Below are positions 13,235 to 24,270 of a stretch of 64,000 nt of DNA, piece after piece. Made by a program: the position numbers and the translations under genes. Position 1 is the first letter of the stretch. Each line of letters begins with the position of its first letter. The stretch is from Camelus ferus (taxonomy: Eukaryota). Location: NCBI RefSeq assembly GCF_009834535.1, contig NC_045714.1:18414001-18478000 (forward strand). The letters are read 5' to 3'. A model generated the notes under the pieces. It was not told where the DNA came from. It searched no databases and saw only the letters and a list, made by a program, of their open reading frames with translations.

Positions 13235-13420
13235 CAGTGGTTCTCCGCCTTGGCTTAGCATTATCTGGGAGCTGGGGGGGGAATGCTGATGACCGGGCCC
13301 CACCTGCCCCGGAATAATTAAGACGGAGCCTCTGGGGGCGGGGCCCGGGCCCGGGTGTATTTCAAAAGCGCCCCCCGGTGATTTCAGCGAGCAGCGCGGG
13401 CCCAGAGCGCAGAGCGGCGG
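13235..13420 (-). mobile_element. MER5A-like hAT element, strongly GC-enriched
   Basis: cagtggttctc TIR start; agcattatctgggagct; gggccccacc; ctctgggggcggggccc; ccccccggtgattt, collinear with the recalled MER5A consensus. Confidence 0.7.
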
Positions 13421-14195
13421 GGCTCTGTCCCCATCGCTGCCTCCTCCCGGCTCGTCCGGGGAAGGAAGCCGGCAGCACGGGCCCCCAGAACCGGCCACCA
13501 CCGCGGGACAGAACCGGACAGAACACGGCAGTGCCTGGGGGTGGGGTGGGCCAGCGGGTTACTCCTCGCAAAGCCACCACGGAGGCCTCGGCGGTTCCCG
13601 GGAGAAAACGCAGTGAAAAGACCCCACGGTCTGAACCCCCCCCCACCCCATCCCCGTCACAGAGACGCCTGCGTCGGCGGCACTTCGCGTGAGGGGCTGC
13701 TGGGCGCGAAGCGGCCACACGGAAACTCGCCTCCGCCGGGCGGTGGCACCGCTTCTTCCAGCGCGGTCTGAGGACTTAATCAAGACGGAAAGCCCGGCCC
13801 CTGGAAACCAACCAGCCACGTTTCCCCGCTTTGCAACCGAGAGACAAAATAAAGTAAGGGCTGACAGAAGGTGCGCATGTTTGAAATACTTCCGCGGGAG
13901 CCCATCACCGCCGCCAAACGCTCGCCTTTCGAGGCAGAAACTAATTTCCCACAGATGCTGCCGGGCTGTGTCTGGATTCCGCTCTGTGAGCAGTAGGCGC
14001 TAGACTGCTGGCCAACGGCTTAAAGAGTGACATTTCTCTCCACTCGCTGCGGTTTTTCTCCTCAAGCAGGATGTTTTTCTTGGAGTGGGTTTCCGGGGGT
14101 GTGGAGGGGGGTTGGACGCCGTTCTGGTCACGGGTGCGCGCCTGGCCGTGCCCGCCCTCTCCCCCCGACGAGGGCCCGCTGTCCCCGGGGCTCAC

Positions 14196-14364
14196 CTGGT
14201 ACTGCAGCCCGGTGCAGAGGACGAGGTGGTCGTAGGGAACGACTTCCTCTCCGGACACCATGACGCGCTTGGCCGCCCGGTCTATGGCGGTCATCTTGCC
14301 GACCACCACGCTGACCCAGGAGCACAGCGACAGCACCGCGTGATCTCGGTCATTAAAGCAGTGG
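14196..14364 (-). CDS. CFAP61: CFAP61 internal exon D (169 nt, phase 2/0): (D)HCFNDRDHAVLSLCSWVSVVVGKMTAIDRAAKRVMVSGEEVVPYDHLVLCTGLQYQ
   Basis: Acceptor ctctctctgcag|C, donor CAG|gtgagc; 1 nt + 56 codons; contained in ORF 13941..14420(-). Confidence 0.96.
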
Positions 14365-14602
14365 CTGCAGAGAGAGGCGGGGGCTCCGTCAGTGACATTT
14401 GAGCAGCTGACAGTGGGCATTAATCGGACATCTGGCGAGCTGGTTCCAGTCCCCTAGCGGGCCGAGTCTGTGCTCTTGCTGGGCATCTACCTGGACCTAG
14501 GCTGGCTGGGAGCCTTTTCGTTACAAGACACTTAGTCACAGATTGACACCTTCCCACTAGTGCTAAGTTGTTCTGCCTGGGGCAGGCTGGTCCACAACAG
14601 GG

Positions 14603-14606
<4 letters not shown>

Positions 14607-14656
<50 letters not shown>
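14607..14656 (+). repeat. (TG)25 microsatellite
   Basis: Perfect 50-bp dinucleotide run, about 240 nt upstream (gene sense) of the exon D acceptor. Confidence 0.98.
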
Positions 14657-14657
<1 letters not shown>

Positions 14658-17479
14658 TCATTCGTGGACACTCATGCTTCCACGTCATGGTGGGTGTAAA
14701 TCTACTTTAGCTGTTGAACTGTCACATGGACAACTGTCATATTGTGATATTGACTCAAAGCGAATGAGAAAGGAGAAAGCGACATCTGAGGACCCCCAAA
14801 GGCAGGGGTCAAGGTCCAGAGAACACTGAGGACTCTGCCTATTTGCTAACGCTTTTCAATAAATGAAAATGAGTGTATGGACCTGTGCCCAAACAAGAAG
14901 ACACATTTTATTTGGAGAAAATGTCAAATAAGGAATTACGCTGGCGTCAAGGCCGGTCACTGGAGGCTCCTGGGATTCGCTCCTCAGGGTGAAGGTGATT
15001 TTTGGAGAACCACCACTTCCACAGGCAGCAGGTCAGGGTGGACGGGCTTCCTCCTCTGGGTTCTAGCTGAATCTGAACACAATACTGTATCAGGAGGAAA
15101 GTGGGTTTCCCGTGGCTTTGGGTTTATTTAGAGTTTCTTGAGGGTTGTTTCCTGAATTTTCTGGGAGGTCTGACCTCACATACCTGACTTTTTACTGATC
15201 CTGTTCTGGAGACCGAAGAGTATCTGTTTTCACACGGGCGTCCCCGGGCCATGCACGGTCAGTGTCCCTGCTCTGTTGCCGAGGAGACTGGACCCCAGGG
15301 ACTCAGCATCAGTGCCTTTTCAATGCCACGGTCTCCTCACCTCTCAACGTGGGACAACTACCCCTCCAGACACGCCTTGAGCACCACGCGGGCCGGACAC
15401 AGACTGCGATGCTGTTTTGTCAGGTGGGACGCGTATGTGGTGGGTATCAGTCCAAGTGACACTGATGACACATAATCCTGTTTACTCTCCTTGGAGGCAA
15501 ACGGGATTCTGAAGCGGTGATGAGAGAGCATTTTTTCTTTTTGATCCATGCACGAGTCTGCTCTCACCACTGAGAAGGAAGCCCGCTAATGCACACACAT
15601 TAGACCCCGTCACAGGGCCAGCGGGAAGCGAACAGAGGCTGGGCTTTGTGTCTCTCCACGCAACGGCGCTGAAAACCCAGAAAATTTCCTTTTAATAAGG
15701 AAAGAAAATCGGGGGCTGCCCCGTCACAGGAAAATAACAGACAGCGAGATGAAATCCTCGTTTTAAAGAGCCATTTGGGCGGCCTTAGAGGGAAAAAGGG
15801 ACTTCATCGATTTCGCATGTTCGTGAGAGACCCACTGAAGGCTGTTCTTAACTTGCTCCACGGGCCCTCCGTGATGGGAACGGTACTGCCAGCCGTCCAC
15901 AACGGGGGAGAATTAAATACAGTTAATGCACGGGACTAGTCATGTGAGGATCTGCTCAAAGATCAAAGTTCTCAGGGGAAATTGGGGAAGGCTAGGACAG
16001 GGTTAATTTTAATGGCAGCAGGACAGCAGTGCTGGTAATTCCCAAATGCGTACCCCAGGGCAAAAACCTGAAGCTCTGTCCAGTAGGAACTGGCACCTGG
16101 GGTCACTGGGATTTTAGGGCCCTTAAGAAGCATTGGAAAATGGGGGAAGCTTGCTTTTCCAGCTTGTTACCGCACTGGGGACATTTCCCAGCTTCCAGTG
16201 TCACTGTGTCGGTGATTCCTATCTGTTTTAGATATCAGAATCCATTCGGACCTTTTTGAATTTACCGATCAGGTAGGTGAAACTAGACATTGGAGACTGT
16301 AAGCTCTATTTCTCCTAAATTATTTCCTAAGCAGAGTTAATGAGCGTTAAGATTCTAACGCGGCAGGGACCCTCTCAAGGCTTGGTGACAAGAGAAACGT
16401 CTCCAGTAGGGCTCTCTGGAGGGGAGAGAAGGAACCAAAGACGGGAGGTCCATGAAACTTCACGTTTCTCAAGTGTGCTTGACCCTGACTCAAAAGTCAT
16501 GTGAAAGCTTGTCTTCATAGAACATTCTGCAGACGGGCAATAAGGAGGCAGAAGAAGGCAGCAATGTGGGATGGGGAAATTCCTGGAAGAGGGTATTTGT
16601 GAAGAGGGAGCTGCTTGCTCAAAGTTGCAGGGACCCCAAACCCGGTGGTTGGAAGGTTTAGCCCGAAGTTCCAGGTGCACAATTAGGAGCGAACGCCAGG
16701 GGAGCGATGGTGAGCGCGCTGAAGGCCGCACGTCGGGGCGTCAGAACCCTTCAGAACCAGCAAGAACCTCCCGGTTCTCACCAAGGCCGCACCGTGACAC
16801 CACTCTGAGAAGACGGAGTGCCGTGGTTAACTCTCGGGTGTTCGGGCTGAGCGTCCAGTTAGTGGACCCCCCGCTTGCTGTTCCTCCTCCCCTCCCACCG
16901 CCTCCTTCCTGCGGCAGCCCGAGCACATCGTTAGCACCTCCACCAGCGGCTGGACGGGGTGAGGGGGCAAAAACCGGCTATTCAAAAACTAGTAACCACA
17001 ATAATATATCAAAACATTGGTTATGGAAAAGTTCCAAATCTGTATTCAGCACGAGGACTGTTAAATTTACGGATATCAACGCACTTGTAATTTTTAAACT
17101 CCATGACCAGACAACATTTCCTGTGTTGGGGTGGGAGGGCCACCTGAAAGGCAGCAACCGGCTTCTGGCTCACTGGGAGGCTTCTAAGAGTTAAAACACG
17201 CAGGCATCCATCCAGAGGCATCTGGCCATGTTGGCCCCGTCTGTCACCTGATGGAGAGGACTCCTGCAGGTCTTCCGGAGGGAACTGCCATCTATTTGAC
17301 GTTGTTTCCTGGGCACCTGCGAAGTGCCAAGCACTGTCCCAGATGCCGGGGCTCATCAGTGCGCAAAAGGCAGAAAGCACCTGCCCGCGTGGGGTCTGCC
17401 TACAGCAGAAGGACTCCACGTCAACAGCTTCAAAGGCAGATTATGTGACTACTCAGAAGGATTTCAGTAGCAGGGGAGA

Positions 17480-17740
17480 GAGCAGAGGAGGAGGACCGGA
17501 GTGTGCCGGAGAGTTGGTTGCAAATGATCGGGTGGTCCGAGTAGGTCACACGGAAAAGGTGACATTTCAGCAAAGAGAGAAAGAAGCAAAGACACTAAGG
17601 TGGGGACGTGGCTGGCAGGTTAACACTGGGGGGGCTGGTACGGCCACTGTCGGGGAAACAAAGGCCGTAACAGTAAAAGAGGAGGTCGGAGGAGCCAGCA
17701 CGACAGGGCCAGGTGTGAGGGGGGCATCTGGAACTTTCTG
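17480..17740 (-). mobile_element. L2 fragment
   Basis: gatcgggtggtccgagtaggtcacacggaaaaggtgacatttcagcaaagaga resembles the antisense L2 3' region. Confidence 0.55.
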
Positions 17741-18380
17741 TGATGGCAGACCTGTTCGGCAGCAGCGCTGTCTGACGTGGCAGCTGCCAGTCTCGTGTGG
17801 CTATCTGAGCCCTTGAATTATGGCTAATGTAATCGAGGAGCCGAGTTTTAATCTCCTGTAACTTCAATTAATTTAAATCAAAGCAGCCATGTGCGGCTCA
17901 CTGCCACCACGTTGGACAGTGTGGTTCTAGGCTGCTCAGGAGGTGACATGATCTGATTCTCAGCTTTGCAGCCTTGCTCTGCAACCAGGCTGAGATGGTG
18001 GAGAGGCAAGGACAGAGGCAGGGACACCAGGTGACGGTCCACCCAGCCACACGCAGACCCTGCGCACAATCACGCCAGCACAAGGCCACACACTAGCCGT
18101 CCTCACCACTACACACCTGACCTGGGACTGAAGGAAACCTCTGCCAAGCCGGCTGAATTCACTTCCTCCTGAGACGTGTGAGATTAACACCAGCGTTTCC
18201 AGGGAATCGGGTAACTTGGAAAGAGGGAAATGGGGGCAGGGGGAGACCCATGCTCGATTCTCTACTCTTGGCCAGAAGCTGGCGTTAGACTAATTTTAAC
18301 CAAAAAATCCAGCAAAGCTTGGCTTATCATATGGTCTAACAGTCAAAAAGCCCACAGTTCAGAGAGCTGGACTCCCCTTC

Positions 18381-18408
18381 GGGGGTGGGGCGGGGGAGGG
18401 GGAGGGGG
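18381..18408 (+). other. Canonical G-quadruplex motif G5-T-G4-C-G5-A-G5-A-G5
   Basis: Five G runs with 1-nt loops, read directly. Confidence 0.8.
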
Positions 18409-19161
18409 ATCTGAATCTACATTGACCTGGCTCAAACGCCATTCCTTTTTCACTGCACCCGACCATGTCCTCCAAAATCCACCAAAGTTTATAGTCTGAT
18501 AAAAGTATTAGGTCAAAATGAGCCCAGTGCTTCTGGCAAGGAAGCTGCAGATTTTCTCGCTGTTTGAGGGCAAAGTAAGCCTTTTCACAGCGTTAAGGAG
18601 GACCCCTTCGTCATGCATCTAAAACGAAAACTCCCCGAGAGAGAACAATTTCCTCCCTCCTTGCCGGGAAAATTGGGACATTGTTTCTAGAGGCAGGGAG
18701 CCTGACCACTCCTGTGCCCGCGCTTTGCGCCAGGAAATTAAAGTGAATGTGGAAGCTGTGTGATAATGAAATGCCATCTTTTAGGAAGGACGCTGTCAAA
18801 GAGCGACTCTGGGATGGGGGCCACGAAAGGACCGGCTCAGGAGGCCTCGGCCTGATCAGCCCCAGATTAGGAACGGCTGGGGGAGCCTGGTCTGATGCAG
18901 ATAGTCCCCTAAGCTCCCCTGGACTTGCTGGACTGTCACTCAGAACCCGAATGCAGGGGGCGGCGTGGGGGAGCAGCGTCTAGGTCAGCAGAGCCGTCCC
19001 TGGTGTTTGGAACAGGGCAGGCGTCCTCCCAGCCCTGCCAGTGTCCCCTAAGGAAGGCCTGAACCCAGGAGAACCACTCGCCCCCCGCCCCGGCCTAGAC
19101 TTGACGGCGCACCAACCAGGATACGCAGCTTCAGAGTGAAAAACACAAATGGAGTTCATAC

Positions 19162-19260
19162 TCGCTTGCTAGAAACTTCCGTTGCTCACTGCCCAGAAGT
19201 TTTTTCCCTGGGAGTCCATGCGTTGAAATCAGGGTGAGGTTGCTAAACTTCAGGTGAGAG
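19162..19260 (-). CDS. CFAP61: CFAP61 internal exon C (99 nt, phase 2/2): (C)SHLKFSNLTLISTHGLPGKKLLGSEQRKFLAS(D)
   Basis: Not in the ORF track; found by reading the minus strand. Long pyrimidine tract ttctttcttctttctcctcctcag|C, donor AGCGA|gtatga; phases match both neighbouring exons. Confidence 0.95.
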
Positions 19261-19699
19261 CTGAGGAGGAGAAAGAAGAAAGAAAGGTGAGGCATGATTC
19301 CGGGGAAGTTTATTCAAATTCAGTTCTCCCTTACTGCACGTGCCGTCCAGTTGTGCACTGCTCCTTTGCACAGAGCAGCAATTCCCGCACAAAGCTTCAA
19401 AGAGAACCGACCGTGTGAATGAAGGAAGGAAGGTAGCCCTGGGCGGCAGGTGGCAGAAACTTCCAGAAGCTGCGACTGTGTAAAGGCAGACGCTGTTTCA
19501 TTTTTTAAAATTTGCTTCTCGGAGTAAAACAAAATAAAACCTCAAATTGGAAGGAGGCTGGTAAATTTAGTATAGCCAATGCAAAGTCTGAGCTTCTGAC
19601 TAGCTCTGAGGCGCTGCTTGGAATCCGAGCTGCCACGGTGAAAGCTTGCTGAGTGCCTGCGACCAGGTGCTCTGCTGGCCCTCACTCCACCCTTGCAGC

Positions 19700-19825
19700 G
19701 GTGCGGTGAGGTCAGCAGAGTTGCTATCCCATTTTATTATGCGGAGCAGAGGCAGAGTGGTTTGCCCAAGATGGTACAGCTGGGAAGTCTGGAGGCAGGG
19801 TATGAACCTGGGCCGTCTGGCCAGC
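19700..19825 (-). mobile_element. MIR fragment
   Basis: ctatcccattttattatgcggagcagaggcagagtggtttgcccaagatggtacagctgggaagt...tatgaacctggg. Confidence 0.6.
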
Positions 19826-21519
19826 GTGTCTCATCTGACCCCGGCCCCCACGGCCCTGTAGACCCTGAATTGTTGACAGGGATCCAAAGATCATCTAATT
19901 CCCATGGGTCAACATTAGCTGCATTACTTATAGATCTACGTAGCCACTCAAATCAGAACACCACAGCATCACAGGGAGAGAATTCTAGAGGGTTCCTTTT
20001 AAGAGCATAGCTGCCTTGTCTCTTCATCAGGTTTTTTGTGGCCCGAGGCACGCCCATGAGCATCACCACGGAGATTAACCTCCCATGAGTTCTACCAGAG
20101 GTGGGAGGCAGGTTCGTGTTACCTGTACTTCACACAGAAGAAAATCAAGGTTGGAAATGGTAGGCAGTCCATTTGTGGTCATGAAGCTCAGAAGCAGCAA
20201 AGGCCAGAAAGGAAAGCCCTCTTCCCTGACCGCAGGAGAGCCCTCCGCGCTCACCCAGGCTGCCCTGGGAACCAGCCCCGCAGTGACAGGCGGTAAGCAG
20301 CTCGCCCAGCATGTGTACAGGCTCCTGGAAACCCCCTCCCTCCGTGTTTCCCTTCGGTGCTTAAAACACTCCTGCAGCAGATCTGCCCTCCAGCTGGAGC
20401 CGGCTGCATTTCAGGGCTGAGCCGTCTTCTAGCCTTCAGGATGATGAGAAAGACTTTTTTTTCCCCTAAAAATCTCTTCTTAGTTCATACCTCCCCTTAA
20501 ACCAACCAAATACCAAAAAAGAAACCTTCTCCAAGTTAGAGCAAAACACCTGCCCTCCTCTCCCAGGAGGGGACTGGAAATTTTCCAAACGTGGAAATGC
20601 TATCAATTTACGGACAATCTGTTAAGTACGAACCACTAAAAACAGGAGACTTTTGGTGATGGCGCCATCGGCGCTGTAATAAACTCAACTGCACCTGACA
20701 TTTAAAAATAGCTAAATATTATGAAAGGTTTTGCTGTAAAGTCTCTAAGGATGTGTGTCATTTAAGAATGAATATTCTTATTTGATGCAAAGAAAACCAA
20801 GCACATCTTATCTTCTAATAAGAACAGAAATTTTGAATATGTTCAAATAACATAAAGGTCACAATTAAACCCAACTACTTTGGCTGCCTGTCTGCAAACA
20901 CACCAACGACAGGCCTTCGATTTATTACTACTTAACGGAAAACACAAATAATAATACGTGTTTATACTCACATGCAGTTACAATGTATTTTGGCTTTGGA
21001 GACCATGTGACCAAAATGTGGTTTATGTTGTACTAATAACACAGTTATCTGCAGGCCCTTTGTACATCTCTATGTGAACAGAAGGCTTAGTAATTACCCA
21101 GCTCTATCTTTTACTGCAAAAACCATCTCTTTGTCTCTGAATAATTTAATCTAACAATGTGGATCACTTGTCAAATGACTTGTAAATTGCCGAATTACCA
21201 CATTGTCTTACCCTGAAGTATGCTGTTGTGCAATTAGAGATTTCTCCGAAAGATCGGGGGAGGGGCCTTTTCTGAATTTTTATCTACAAAGGAACCAGTT
21301 TTCCACCCTTCTTCTTTTTAGCCAAATCCTTTTTGCATTCTTCACTGTGGATGTTTCAAGGTCCCTTCCTCATTCTCCCGTATCATAAGGAAAACAGAAA
21401 CCAGCCCCCTGGCAAGAAGACCCCCCCACCTCCATTTCCCTTCTTGCCTCCCCTGGACGCATCTACAAGGGGGTCTTCCATGTCCCCCTGATTCAGAAGA
21501 GAAGGGTCTCCCATGAACC

Positions 21520-21900
21520 CCGTCTCCTCAACTTCCCCTCCTGTCTCTCCCTATCCCTATGCCAGCAAGCTTCTCTTCCGCTGCACTTAGGAAACCTGGA
21601 AGTAACCAGCCTAGCGCTGATAAGGTGGAGCCAGGGTGTCTGCAGGGGCCACGACCCTGCATCTCTGCTTCTCGGTGTTTCCCTCTGTTCTCAAGGTCAC
21701 CTCAGGCCCAAGGTGGCTCCTAGAGCTCCAGCCGTCACATCCTACATCCACCTTACGGGCAGAAGGGAGGAGGAATGGGTTAAGAAGGGCTGCCCATTAA
21801 GGAGCTTTCCTGAAAGTCTCACGTGATATTTCTGTTGGCAGGCAGAACTTAGTGACACGGCCACATGTGGCCGCAAGGGAGGCTAGAAAATGTGGTTTTT
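21520..21900 (-). mobile_element. Old MLT1 (J/K/L-like) LTR
   Basis: ccaaggtggctcctagagctccagccgtcacatcc...ggcagaacttagtgacacggccacatgtggccgcaagggaggctagaaaatgtgg. Confidence 0.7.
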
Positions 21901-22569
21901 TGAAGAAAAACAGTAGTTTTTCCAGGAACCACACTGCCCAGGGTTTTTTAAAAATCAAGGACAAAGTACAGAATAAATACTGGGAGGCAACCAGAAGTCT
22001 CTATTCATTGACTCATAAAGGAAAGGTGGGCGGGGATGAGGGAGGACCCTTGTATCAACCAGGGTCCAGGCAGGAAGGAGATGTCTGACTCCCCAGGGTC
22101 GGACAGAATGAAGCAGTGGTGTGTGCAGGGTTCTGGAGTCATCCAGGGACCAGCAATGCTGGGTGAGGCGCCACTGCTGACGGGAACCCTGAGCAGCAAG
22201 GGGTGGAGGAAAGGGTGCAAGCAGGGCCCTGGGGAGGCCCTGCCAGGCGCTCCTGACAGGGCACAAGCTGCCAGGGACAGCACTGTCTCCAGGTTCTCCT
22301 TTCTAGCTGCTTTCTTCAGCAGCTTCTCCTCCTCAGCCCATCTACCCTTCTCCACGCTTCCCCTGGAGCTGCTGTCAACCCCACGACTTCATTACCACCC
22401 TTACACTGCAGCTCTCCGAGAAACCGAATGTGCATCAGTCCCAACACGGCCGCTCCACGGGCACCCCACGTCAGCACGTGTCCAAACAAAGGCCCTCGCA
22501 GCCCTGTCCCCTCCTCCCTTCTCTCCACCAAAGGCACAGGCAACTGACCACCTCTCAAGTTAAGAATTT

Positions 22570-23586
22570 ACCATATTGCTAATTATCAGAGAAATGCAAA
22601 TCAAAACTACAATGAGGTGTCACCTCACACCAGTCAGAATGGCCATCCCTCAAAAGTCCACAAACGATGAATGCTGGAGAGGCTGCGGAGCAAAGGGAGC
22701 CCTCCCGCACTGCTGGTGGGGATGCAGTTTGGTGCAGCCACTGGGGAGGACAGCACGGAGGTTCCTTAAAAAACTAAAAATAGGTTGACACATTGTAACT
22801 GACTGTACTCCAATTTAAAAAAAAGGTTTGTTTCTTAAAGATTTATGAAACATAACTTTGACAAGTCCCAAATTATAATTTAAATAATATAAAAATTTTT
22901 GAATTTCATGGAAAATAAAAACTAAGAATACAGTTACTATACAATTCACCAATCCCAGTCCTGAGCATCTATCCGGAGGGAACGCTAACTGGAAAAGACA
23001 NNNNNNNNNNNNNNNNNNNNNNNNNNNNNNNNNNNNNNNNNNNNNNNNNNNNNNNNNNNNNNNNNNNNNNNNNNNNNNNNNNNNNNNNNNNNNNNNNNNN
23101 NNNNNNNNNNNNNNNNNNNNNNNNNNNNNNNNNNNNNNNNNNNNNNNNNNNNNNNNNNNNNNNNNNNNNNNNNNNNNNNNNNNNNNNNNNNNNNAAGTAA
23201 GTCAGAGAAAGACAAATATCATATCACTTATATGTGAAATCTAAAAAAAAAATTTGACACAAATGAACATATTTATAAAACAGAGACAGACTCAAAGACA
23301 TAGAAAACAATCTTATGGTGGGTGCCCTAGGGGGAAAGGTGGTGGGAAGGGATAAATTGGGAGTTTGGGATTTGCAGGTACACACTACTATATATAAAAT
23401 AAACAACAAGGTCCTACACACAGGGAACCATATTCAGGTTCTCGTAGTAACCTATAATGAAAAAGAGTATGAAAAGGAATGTATGTGTGTTCTTGTATGA
23501 CTGAAGCATGTGCTGTACACCAGAAGTTGACACAACATTGTAAACTGACTGTATTTCAACTAAAAATTTTTTTAATTAAAAAAAAA
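22570..23586 (+). mobile_element. L1 (ORF2 C-terminus to 3' UTR) with a nested ~133-bp insertion and an N gap (23001-23194)
   Basis: ORF 22576..22788 [23 protein letters not shown] is the L1 ORF2 C-terminal motif; L1 sequence resumes at 22917; 3' UTR at 23195-23586 ends in an A-rich tail. Confidence 0.88.
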
Positions 23587-24009
23587 TTGGGGAGCCAACC
23601 TCAGCAGACCTTTACCCGCCTGCTCCCTTCCCACAACTGGCCGCCGGGTCCAGGCGCTTTTACCTCAGCAGTTTTTGAATGCCCGACTGTTCCTGGGACG
23701 CGCGGCCTTAGCGAACCTTCCCGCCCAGAGAGAACGGCCGCAGGGCCAGTCCCCCAGGAAGGAGTCTCCCTTTGCGGCCCAGCTCTCACACAGGCTACTG
23801 GAAAACTCTTAAATTAAATCCAATCTCAGTGGTTCCTGGTTTTCAAGGCCCCATGAGAATGCGTGAAGGAAGACATAAGGGTCCGTGCAGGACTGGCTGG
23901 CTGCGCTGCAGGCCAGCAGCCGGCACAGCGCTGTAAGCGGGCGGCAGCAAGAGCGCACCGGTTAGTGAGAGGACGTGAGGGCCCCGAGTTTGCCGCGCCC
24001 CTCGGCGGA

Positions 24010-24270
24010 AGCAGGGCAGAGCGGCTCAGGCCGCGGGCTCGGGGGCCGCGCCGCCCGGCCGCCGGCCTCCAGGCTGCGGCCCCCTCGAGCTCCCTGACCT
24101 CGGGCGGGCTGTTTAACCCCTCTGAGGCTCGGCTCCACAGCCTGTGACGTGGGAGCCACAGAGCCCGGGGCCTCGCAGGGGCGCCGTGAGGATTAAGTGA
24201 AACGGTACCTGTGAGATGCTTAAGATAACGGCCTGCTGCGTGGAACATTTCCAATGAACATTAACTATTT
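24010..24270 (+). mobile_element. Near full-length MIR, 5' half converted to CpG-island composition
   Basis: Core ctgacctcgggcgggctgtttaacccctctgaggctcgg...gtgaggattaagtgaa...aatgaacattaactatt is collinear with MIR. Confidence 0.85.

Larger units (their letters stand above)
12740..14400. promoter_or_regulatory. Intragenic CpG island spanning exon D and the downstream intron
   Basis: Visibly high GC and CpG density by eye (not computed); GC box GGGGCGGGGC at 13335-13344. Confidence 0.7.

Noticed and set aside
16571-17194. 207-aa + strand ORF with a Pro-rich middle
   Set aside because: No recognisable homology, low-complexity Pro/Ser from a C-rich patch, antisense intronic position, no poly-A or TSD suggesting a retrocopy.
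22576-22788. 70-aa [26 protein letters not shown]
   Set aside because: L1 ORF2 C-terminal fragment, not a host gene.
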